Source of the DNA: Anaerolineae bacterium
GTDB lineage: Bacteria > Chloroflexota > Anaerolineae > UBA1429
Assembly (NCBI GenBank): GCA_963675785.1
Contig: OY776562.1
Location: forward strand, 928,001-992,000
DNA: 64,000 nt
Reading direction: 5' to 3'
Part shown: piece after piece, positions 28,169 to 35,672 of the stretch
Position numbering within the stretch: position 1 is the first letter of the stretch
How the letters are laid out: each line of letters opens with the position of its first letter
The notes under the pieces: model-generated
What the model was told of the DNA's origin: nothing
What the model saw: the letters and a program-made list of their open reading frames with translations, nothing else
The model's database searches: none
Position numbers and translations under genes: made by a program

Positions 28169-29961
28169 TATCCCTTCTTATTTGGAATATGCATCCGTAC
28201 AGTTGTCCCTTTTCCTAGACGGCTCATGATCTCCACATTGCCACCGCACATGGTACGAACCCTCATGCGAACATTTTCTATTCCTGTGTGACCTTTTCCA
28301 TCATGGATATCTGACGGGTCGAATCCTGCGCCATCGTCGCTGATCTCGATCGTAACGCCATGAGTACTCTCATATGTTCGAATCGTCACGGTTCCTCCTT
28401 CGGGCTTTTTGGCAACACCATGGCGAATCGCATTCTCAACCAATGGCTGTACGGACAGCACCGGAACAAAGCACTGTGCATGGCCGATGTCATAAACCAC
28501 TTTCAGTCTGTTACCAAATCGCATCTTTTCGATATCCACATAGTTTTGGACATGCCTCAGCTCATGGTCAAAAGGAATCAAGTTGGATTGGTTTAAAGAG
28601 TCCATATTGCCGCGAAGATACCGTGTAAAACTGACTAGCGCCTCTTCAGCCCTATCGGGTGATTCTCGGTACAAGAAGCGAATATCATTTAGCGTGTTGA
28701 AAAGAAAATGCGGTTGAATTTGACTGAGCATGACTACCAACCGGTTTTGCAGCAACTCGTACTTGAGCGCCATGTTTTCTTCATGTTTTCTTACATTCGT
28801 CCGTATCACGCGAACAAACTGATAAAACTGCAGCAAAATCGATAGTGAAAAACCATACTTTACGATTGACCGCTCTGGTATATGGATTAATAACCCATTT
28901 ATATTATCAATAAATGAAGATGTAAATAACGGCAGCCACGAAAGCAGCATCAGCAGTGCTTGCCTGTTTTTTAAAAACAGCCCCTCATAGCCCATCAGGA
29001 GTATCACCGCTATCACAGCGACAGTGCTCCATACAACCGCCAGATTCTGCATATCGTACAGATCATATGCGCCAGATATTTGTATGAGGATGGCCGCTAA
29101 TAAAAACAGCAACGATATACAGCTCAAAAAACATGCCAACCTTTTTTCCGCGTTATTTTCCAGAAAAGTACAAGTATAAAAAAGAAACACAGATGGTATG
29201 ATATATATCAGAATAATATCCATCATATTGAAAAGAAGCGGATTCTTAAACAACAGCGTTAAATACGGATAACCTCCATCAAATAGTATCCACAGTCCTC
29301 CCAAAATGGTTACACCAGAAAGCCCTACGCCACGTTCCATGCCAGGTGTTTTATAGCATTTGGCAGCAACGCTGAAAATCAGCATGGCAATTCCAATTAT
29401 AAAAAAGGCCCCCCCTAAAATAATTAAGGGTATCTTATCCAGCAGTAATTCATATAGCTCATACCCATGCCCGAGGTATATGCAATGGATAAAATCGTCA
29501 AAGACGTTTGATGCTCTGCCCTCATATATATTTTCAAGAACGATCTCGATATCATCAAGCTGGCTGATTCCAGGCGAAACATAATGCCCCCACGTCATTC
29601 CAGCCGTTTTAGACGAATCCAGTAGGGACTCTTCGTCGCCAAAGCTATATACTTTCTCGCCATTGATGTGAATTGTCGCCCGTATATTATCAAGGCGCAG
29701 CATAAGAACCCATCCTTTGGGAACATCCATAGAAAAGTGTCCGTTGATGGTTACGGTATGAAGCTGTTGACTTTCTATTACCGAATCTTCCGTCAGCTCT
29801 ATAGGCTCTTGCCCATCCACGCTGTAGCTGCCAACAATGCGAACCTGCATAACAGCTTCGGCTGATTCATTATCGCCGCCGTGTATAGTTAGGTAAATCA
29901 ATGACGCGATACTGATCACACATAAAATCGCAAGTATATGGTAAAGATATTTGAAGCGCAT
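28168..29961 (-). CDS. LytS/YehU-type sensor histidine kinase with extracellular domain and about 7 TM
   Basis: SQIQPHFLFNTLN, VQPLVENAIRHG, DDGAGF, TGIENV. Confidence 0.9.
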   Translation of the reverse strand: MRFKYLYHILAILCVISIASLIYLTIHGGDNESAEAVMQVRIVGSYSVDGQEPIELTEDSVIESQQLHTVTINGHFSMDVPKGWVLMLRLDNIRATIHINGEKVYSFGDEESLLDSSKTAGMTWGHYVSPGISQLDDIEIVLENIYEGRASNVFDDFIHCIYLGHGYELYELLLDKIPLIILGGAFFIIGIAMLIFSVAAKCYKTPGMERGVGLSGVTILGGLWILFDGGYPYLTLLFKNPLLFNMMDIILIYIIPSVFLFYTCTFLENNAEKRLACFLSCISLLFLLAAILIQISGAYDLYDMQNLAVVWSTVAVIAVILLMGYEGLFLKNRQALLMLLSWLPLFTSSFIDNINGLLIHIPERSIVKYGFSLSILLQFYQFVRVIRTNVRKHEENMALKYELLQNRLVVMLSQIQPHFLFNTLNDIRFLYRESPDRAEEALVSFTRYLRGNMDSLNQSNLIPFDHELRHVQNYVDIEKMRFGNRLKVVYDIGHAQCFVPVLSVQPLVENAIRHGVAKKPEGGTVTIRTYESTHGVTIEISDDGAGFDPSDIHDGKGHTGIENVRMRVRTMCGGNVEIMSRLGKGTTVRMHIPNKKG

Positions 29962-30177
29962 GATGTTCTTTTTATTTCCTCTCCATATAGCAATACTATT
30001 TTAGTATTTATTGAATGACTGCCAGCGTCAACTCAAGCTTGAGATTTATCTGAATGCAATTGATTTTATCGTTCTACGGCGTTATGAATTGCCCCTAGCA
30101 GGGCATAACTGTATTGCCCGAGGTGACAGGATAAAATAAAACTAGAGGCATTATGCGCGTTTACGAAAGTAAACGAC

Positions 30178-30220
30178 AAATCCGAACGCCTCTCCAACAA
30201 CCAAGAGAGGGTTCGGATTT
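30178..30220. repeat. Inverted repeat at the island right end
   Basis: AAATCCGAAC-g-CCTCTC...GAGAGG-GTTCGGATTT, followed by TGGTGG at 30229-30234. Confidence 0.75.
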
Positions 30221-30227
30221 AATCACT

Positions 30228-30556
30228 GTGGTGGCCAGTCGATGTGATTGACAACGAGCCAAGTGCTCAGGGCTTTTGCGGTGCCAGATTCAGGCAGATG
30301 GATATGGGTGTGGCCTTGGGCGTGGCGTTGGATGATGGCCTTGATGATACTGGGCAAGCCTGAGGCGTGATTTTCGTGCATGTGGGTAATAAAACAGCCC
30401 GAATGCGAGAAGATCGATGTTTTGCCGTTCTAGCAAAGCGTTGATGCCCAAACTGACGTCAATGAGTTAGTGGTTATCTTGGGTAGTAACCAGAATAGAA
30501 GAAAAAGTGCTCAAGTTAACTGTGGATGTCACAACTGCCAGATGTAGTAGTCTCAT
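30228..30556 (-). pseudogene. N-terminal half of an RNase Z-like MBL-fold hydrolase pseudogene
   Basis: GGAGGAG RBS; MRLLHL...SSILVTTQDNH*LIDVSLGINALLERQNID (frameshift) AVFITHMHENHASGLPSIIK...NHIDWPP, a degenerate THxHxDH motif; stop at 30467-30469. Confidence 0.7.
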
Positions 30557-30680
30557 GCGTCTCCTCCGCTCAAAAGGGCGAATACGGCGACGAGGGACTG
30601 TATAAAAAGGTGGGCGCAATGATCCTCCCCCGATCGCTGTCGGCTTGTGCTCGCAATCCAGAGTTTTCTACTTATTATAG

Positions 30681-30720
30681 CAAGATGCCACTTGACTATG
30701 GGCAGCCAAGTGGCATCTTG
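30681..30720. terminator. Hairpin terminator after the chrA pair
   Basis: CAAGATGCCACTTG...CAAGTGGCATCTTG. Confidence 0.65.
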
Positions 30721-30730
30721 GGATGTTTAG

Positions 30731-31306
30731 CTAGACGATAAAGATGGCGCCGACTACACCGGCAAGGAGAACCAACAGGATCGGACTGACCTTGAAGCGG
30801 ATATTGGCTACTGCGGCAGCAACAAAAATGGCCACAGCGGTGAGTGACAGGGTTCCCAGGGGATCACTCAGCAGGGTGGAGACACTCATGCCAGGGGTCA
30901 ACAAGACGCCGGAGGCAATGGTCACGGTGGCCACACCGATGAGACCTACGGCTGCTGGCCTAACACCTGCCAAAAAGCCCTTGAGCAAGGGGCTATCCTG
31001 GTAGCGGGCAACTAGATGCGCAAAGAGCGATACATAGATGAAGGAGGGAATCGTTACGCCAATAGTGGCGGCTAGTGCGCCCCAAAAGCCCGAATCGAGA
31101 AAGCCCACATAGGTAGCGGCATTGATGGCAATGGGGCCGGGTACCAACAGATCAAGCGCGTTCAAATCGGCCAACTGCTCAATGGTGACGGCGTATTTGA
31201 GCGACTCTGTCATAATCATGGAGAGCATTGCATAACCGCCGCCAAAGCCCACCATGCCGATCTTGAAAAAGGTATAGAACAGCTTGAGGCATTGCAAAAT
31301 GATCAT
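30731..31306 (-). CDS. chrA: Short-chain chromate transporter (ChrA family) subunit
   Basis: FFKIGMVGFGGGYAM, PGPIAIN.ATYVG, RPAAVGLI; ATGA overlap with the partner gene. Confidence 0.88.
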   Translation of the reverse strand: MIILQCLKLFYTFFKIGMVGFGGGYAMLSMIMTESLKYAVTIEQLADLNALDLLVPGPIAINAATYVGFLDSGFWGALAATIGVTIPSFIYVSLFAHLVARYQDSPLLKGFLAGVRPAAVGLIGVATVTIASGVLLTPGMSVSTLLSDPLGTLSLTAVAIFVAAAVANIRFKVSPILLVLLAGVVGAIFIV

Positions 31307-31869
31307 GCGGCTTGCTCCGTGCGGGTGCTCTTGAACCACTGGTATGCCAGACCCGTCAGGCCGGCTAACAGGATGGCCAGAGGTGCGCTCCAACTGGTGA
31401 ACAGAACTAGCGCAAAGGTGGCTGCTGCGATCACGATGGCTAGGGCGTTCTTGAGGTTATGCCGACCGAGGGTAAAGGCGGCGGATAGAATCATGGCTGC
31501 CGAGGCAGCGCGAATACCACGAAAGGCACCCACCATGCGACCTTCCTGGGGGACGAACTGCAAAAGAACGGTCGCCAGGATCATCAAGATAAAGGCGGAA
31601 GAGATCGCACCCAGCGTGGCTACTAACATGCCAATAAAGCCTGCTGTACTGCGCCCTACAAACGAGGCACAGTTGACGGCAATGATGCCAGGTAGTGTTT
31701 GGGCGAGGGTGGCATATTCTACAAAGTCCTCGCGCGGCATGAGCTTGTATTTTTCGACCACGTCCTTTTCGATCAAAGGCAACATGGCCAATCCGCCGGC
31801 AAAGGTAAACGTGCCTGCCTTGAAAAAGGTGGCGAACAGCGCCCACAATTTCTTGATATCGACTTGCAT
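31303..31869 (-). CDS. chrA: Short-chain chromate transporter (ChrA family) subunit
   Basis: FFKAGTFTFAGGLAM, AQTLPGIIAVN; GAGG RBS before MQVDIKK. Confidence 0.88.
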   Translation of the reverse strand: MQVDIKKLWALFATFFKAGTFTFAGGLAMLPLIEKDVVEKYKLMPREDFVEYATLAQTLPGIIAVNCASFVGRSTAGFIGMLVATLGAISSAFILMILATVLLQFVPQEGRMVGAFRGIRAASAAMILSAAFTLGRHNLKNALAIVIAAATFALVLFTSWSAPLAILLAGLTGLAYQWFKSTRTEQAA

Positions 31870-32164
31870 GAAATCCTCTCTCTTTTTGGACCAACAAGAG
31901 ATATAGAATGTCCGAACAGATTCCTGCAGTGCGTCCACATTCTATACTCGGGTATCATATCTGCGTATACGATCTGGGCCAAATCGAGTAAGGGGTGACG
32001 AAAGTTCAAGCCACGAACAAATCGCTACGACACTTGTACCCTCAGCACCGGATAGTTACGGTAGGTAATAGTTTGTATTTGTAAACTATTGCATTAACTC
32101 GAACTAGACGGTATGCTTACCAAGAAGAGAAGGGTATGCGTTTTTCTGGGGGAAAAAGAATCGC

Positions 32165-32785
32165 ATGCAAGAATATACGTGTTCTACGCGTCTGCTCGAT
32201 TATGAGAACAGTGCCATCGAGGTGTTGATCGTACAGCAGGGCTGGCGTGAGCTGCCCGTTGGTGAGCGCATTGAGGCTGTACGCCGCTATATCATTGAGA
32301 ATGTCGTGTTTACGTTTTGCGGCGGGGGAATTCGCCCGGTTTCGACGGTACTTGTCAGCAGAGGCGGCAACTCGATGGAACGCTGCGCTGCGGCCATGGC
32401 GCTGCTCCGGGCTGTGGGGATTTCCTGCCGCTTGCGCGCTTATCTGGTTGATGAAGAGGCTTTGTACCACTTGTTGGGCGATTCCTCGGGCCATCAGGGG
32501 CAGAGTGTGCTGCTGGGCGTTACTGAGGCTTTTGGGGAGACAGCCTGGAATCACCTGGAAGGGCTCTCTCTGGATTCCTTGTTGATGGGGAAGCGCGGAT
32601 TCGTCAAGCTTGCAGATATCTCCGGTCATGAATTGGGTGTGTTTACTTGCCCAGAGGATGCGTTGGCCAGGTATCGGAAGGCATATTCCTGGGGCCAGCG
32701 TATACGCCTCCGGTTACTGCTATCCAGGCTAGAGCGCTCGCTAAAAGTGCTGCGGGAACGTTCTGATCAAGTCGTTTCAGAATAA
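32165..32785 (+). CDS. Transglutaminase-like domain protein (degenerate active site)
   Basis: TRLLDY....I..L, STVL..G, MALLRAVGISCRL. Confidence 0.65.
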   Translation: MQEYTCSTRLLDYENSAIEVLIVQQGWRELPVGERIEAVRRYIIENVVFTFCGGGIRPVSTVLVSRGGNSMERCAAAMALLRAVGISCRLRAYLVDEEALYHLLGDSSGHQGQSVLLGVTEAFGETAWNHLEGLSLDSLLMGKRGFVKLADISGHELGVFTCPEDALARYRKAYSWGQRIRLRLLLSRLERSLKVLRERSDQVVSE

Positions 32786-32796
32786 CTCAACAAATA

Positions 32797-32811
32797 TACC
32801 CCCATAGGGTA
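32797..32811. promoter_or_regulatory. CsoR/RcnR-family G-tract operator upstream of msrB
   Basis: TACCCCCATAGGGTA abutting the promoter TTGAAT-17-TATACA (32813-32841). Confidence 0.6.
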
Positions 32812-32876
32812 CTTGAATTCTCTCTTGCAATGTGCTATACATAATATGTAATTGTATGGTTTTGCAGGAGGTTGAC

Positions 32877-33272
32877 ATGAAAATCATCAAAGATGAGAGT
32901 GAATGGCGTAAGGAACTGTCTGCTCAGGCCTACCATGTGTTGTTCGAAAACGGCACTGAGCCTGCTTTCTATAACGAATATCATGATTTAGAAGCCGATG
33001 GCGAGTACCATTGTCGGGCATGTGGTGAACTGCTGTTCGATTCAAAACAAAAGTATCATTCCGGCACAGGTTGGCCCTCTTTCTATGATGCGGCTGACAA
33101 GGGCGCTATAGAGACCCATCGGGATCATACGTTTGGTATGGCACGTACGGCAGTGCGCTGTTCAACGTGCGGCGGCCACCTGGGGCATCTCTTTAAGGAT
33201 GGCCCCAAGCCTACGGGGAAACGTTATTGCGTGAACTCGGCGGCACTCGAGTTTGTGCCAAGAGAAGATTGA
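32877..33272 (+). CDS. msrB: Peptide-methionine (R)-S-oxide reductase
   Basis: GTEPAF, CRAC, SGTGWPSF, CSTCGGHLGHLF.DGP, RYCVNS. Confidence 0.95.
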   Translation: MKIIKDESEWRKELSAQAYHVLFENGTEPAFYNEYHDLEADGEYHCRACGELLFDSKQKYHSGTGWPSFYDAADKGAIETHRDHTFGMARTAVRCSTCGGHLGHLFKDGPKPTGKRYCVNSAALEFVPRED

Positions 33273-33282
33273 CCGTTAGAGC

Positions 33283-33315
33283 AGCGGGCTCGCACGATTG
33301 TGCGGGCCCGTTTTT
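33283..33315 (+). terminator. Intrinsic terminator
   Basis: GCGGGCTCGCAC-gatt-GTGCGGGCCCGT followed by TTTT. Confidence 0.7.
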
Positions 33316-33419
33316 GCTATCTGCATTATGAGCAGCAGGGACGTGCCACATTTGGGCTTGACAAGAGGCCCCTGCGCGGTCAAGAATACATCCAGTTCGA
33401 TGGAAAAGAGGGTGATGGA

Positions 33420-33740
33420 ATGGAACGAATCGGTTTCTTGCTCAAGGTCAAAGAAGATATGGTGGACGAATACAAACGGCGCCATGCCGAAGTTTGGCCA
33501 GAGATGCGCGCCGCTTTGAGCGAGACGGGTTGGCATAATTACTCGTTGTTCATGCGTCCCGACGGACTCATTGTGGGCTATTTGGAGACGCCTGATTTTG
33601 CCGCTGCGCAGGAGGGCATGGCTAAACTCGAGGTCAATACGCGCTGGCAAACCCAGATGTCCGAGTTCTTTGAGGCGTTGGACGGGCAAATGCCTGACGA
33701 GGCCATGGTTCCTTTAGAAGAAGTATTCCATCTCGACTAG
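33420..33740 (+). CDS. rhaM: L-rhamnose mutarotase
   Basis: EYKRRHAEVWPEM, GWHNYSLF, RWQ..M, LEEVFHLD. Confidence 0.9.
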   Translation: MERIGFLLKVKEDMVDEYKRRHAEVWPEMRAALSETGWHNYSLFMRPDGLIVGYLETPDFAAAQEGMAKLEVNTRWQTQMSEFFEALDGQMPDEAMVPLEEVFHLD

Positions 33741-33760
33741 AGAATCACAGGAGGTGGCTT

Positions 33761-34210
33761 ATGTCTGCCATATCACACGCTGCCAATGCCGCCAGGCTCG
33801 ATCGGCTGATGCTCTATGATTACAAACCGGGGAGTGCGGGCATGCGTGTGTTTATCACAAGTGATGGGCGATGTGCGGTTTCGCTGATAGACGCCGAAGG
33901 AAACGAAGCGCGCTATATGTATCGGCTAGACCATGCCGAGGTACGACGGTTCGAATCGACTCTCGAATCGTGCCAATACTCTGGCGCCACGACAGGCACT
34001 GCTGAACAACATGCCCATGAGCAGACACCCTTTATCGTTGTCTGTTTTGTCTCTGGCGTGTCGCATTTTGTTTTGGGACGCGATGACCCCCAGTCTGCCT
34101 GGCATGTTCTCTGGCGTGGTCTCAATGGTCTGGCGCAGGACCTTGACCCTGATAGCAGGGTGTATTCAGGGCCTTATCAGCCAAATTGGATGCCGGTAGC
34201 CTGCCCGTAG
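33761..34210 (+). CDS. Hypothetical protein
   Basis: 149-aa ORF with GGAGG RBS in operon context. Confidence 0.6.
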   Translation: MSAISHAANAARLDRLMLYDYKPGSAGMRVFITSDGRCAVSLIDAEGNEARYMYRLDHAEVRRFESTLESCQYSGATTGTAEQHAHEQTPFIVVCFVSGVSHFVLGRDDPQSAWHVLWRGLNGLAQDLDPDSRVYSGPYQPNWMPVACP

Positions 34211-34239
34211 CAGGCAGGGGAGACAACTAGGAGGACACT

Positions 34240-34641
34240 ATGGAACTGAATCTCTGGGCAGTGTTGGTAGCAGCCATCGCGTACGTGGCAGTGGGCGTGT
34301 TCTGGTATTCTAGGGCCTTGTTTGCTGAATCATGGATGAAGCTGGTTGGATTTACAGAGGAAGACACACAGCGTGAGTACACGCCGTGGATGATGGTGGC
34401 GAATACCGTGGTGGCGCTTGTGGGTGCCTTTGTTTTGGCGTTGATCGTCGATTGGATGAATGCCACCAATATCTTGCAGGGCCTTTTTGTGGGTGCACTT
34501 GTTGGTGTGGGCGTTTCGGCAGCAACGCGTTTGCCTGAGTATATGTATGAAGGGCGTCCGTTTCGCCTGTTCCTCATCAACAGCGGCCATGATATAGTTG
34601 GATTCTTGCTCATGGGTGCCATCCTGGGGCTCTGGCAATAG
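34240..34641 (+). CDS. DUF1761 membrane protein
   Basis: N.WAVLVAA....G..WYS..LF...W, YEGRP..LFLINSG. Confidence 0.85.
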   Translation: MELNLWAVLVAAIAYVAVGVFWYSRALFAESWMKLVGFTEEDTQREYTPWMMVANTVVALVGAFVLALIVDWMNATNILQGLFVGALVGVGVSAATRLPEYMYEGRPFRLFLINSGHDIVGFLLMGAILGLWQ

Positions 34642-34676
34642 CGCCTTTCTGCGAGGAGTTGTGGCAATCTCGCTTG

Positions 34677-34719
34677 TTGCAAGTTGTGTGTTCATCTCTT
34701 ATAATGATAAAGATTCTCA
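34677..34719 (+). promoter_or_regulatory. Sigma70 promoter overlapped by a Fur/Zur-type box
   Basis: TTGCAA-17-TATAAT (34677-34705), then TGATAAAGATTCTCA (7-1-7-like) at 34705-34719. Confidence 0.6.
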
Positions 34720-34749
34720 AAAAGAGACTTGTCGATAGGAGAGATTGCC

Positions 34750-35646
34750 ATGAGAAACATTTCTAGATTGGCCCTTGTTTTGGTGATGGCCTTTGTATTG
34801 GTCGCTTGTAATACACCTTCGGCTGAGCAAGATTCGAGCACCCTCAATATTACGGTGAGCATTGTTCCGCAGCAGTATTTTGTGGAAAAGGTTGCTGGGG
34901 ATCGTGCCGTGGTGACGGTGATGGTAGACCCCGGTGCGAGCCCGGCGACCTATGAACCGCGCGCTGAGCAGTTGGTGGCCCTTGCAAATGCCGATGCCTA
35001 CATGACGATTGGCGTCGCCTATGAGGACACGTGGTTGGATCGTATTACGGCGGCCAATGCGGATATGCTGGTCGTCGATACGACTGTGGGCATACAAAAA
35101 CGCACCATGGAGGAACACAGCCACGATGGTGAAGTAGTTCAAGTGAATGCCGAAGGGGAGTTGCTTGATCCTCATATCTGGCTTTCTCCGGAACTCGTCA
35201 AGGTACAAGCAGCTAACATCCGTGATGCCCTGGTAGCGCTCGATCCTGCCGGGCAACAGGCCTATGAGGCCAACTATGAGGTCTTTATTGGCGAGATTGA
35301 GACCTTGCAGCAGCAGATCACTGATTCACTTGCGGGGGTAGAGAACTGCAAGTTCATCGTTTTTCACCCCTCTTGGGGATACTTTGCCGATGAGTTTGGC
35401 TTGGAGATGATCTCCATCGAGGTGGATGGTCAAGAGCCCAGCCCGCAGGAGATGGCTGCGGTCATCGATGAGGCATTGGCTGAAGATATCCGCGTGATCT
35501 TTGCCCAGCCCGAGTTTAGCACACAGTCTGCCAGCGCCATTGCCGAACAGATTGATGGCGAAGTGGTGTTGATCAATCCCTTGGCCTATGATTGGGAAGA
35601 GAACCTAGCCAGTGTTGCTGAGACAATGGCCGGGATCCTCCAATAA
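34750..35646 (+). CDS. znuA: Zinc ABC transporter substrate-binding lipoprotein
   Basis: Lipobox LVAC, SPATYEP, EEHSHD loop, DPHIWLSP, FHPSWGYF, QPEFS. Confidence 0.85.
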   Translation: MRNISRLALVLVMAFVLVACNTPSAEQDSSTLNITVSIVPQQYFVEKVAGDRAVVTVMVDPGASPATYEPRAEQLVALANADAYMTIGVAYEDTWLDRITAANADMLVVDTTVGIQKRTMEEHSHDGEVVQVNAEGELLDPHIWLSPELVKVQAANIRDALVALDPAGQQAYEANYEVFIGEIETLQQQITDSLAGVENCKFIVFHPSWGYFADEFGLEMISIEVDGQEPSPQEMAAVIDEALAEDIRVIFAQPEFSTQSASAIAEQIDGEVVLINPLAYDWEENLASVAETMAGILQ

Positions 35647-35672
35647 CGCCTAATCGGATAAGGAATGACTGG

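Larger units (their letters stand above)
20760..30230. mobile_element. Decayed Clostridia-like genomic island inserted in the MBL gene
   Basis: Lies between the two halves of one pseudogene; visibly AT-richer; Firmicutes-type proteins; mobilisation relics at the left end, hairpin plus TGGTGG at the right end; no integrase. Confidence 0.7.

Noticed and set aside
30140-30185. GAAA-tetraloop hairpin as a c-di-GMP-I riboswitch
   Set aside because: Lacks the flanking conserved segments and second stem, and points away from the kinase gene
30229-30310. tRNA gene or fragment at the island end
   Set aside because: Only TGGTGG matches; the following sequence has no T-arm and reads as MBL coding sequence
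30526-30741. 71-aa plus-strand ORF
   Set aside because: Overlaps the pseudogene start/promoter region and a terminator; no RBS or recognisable motif
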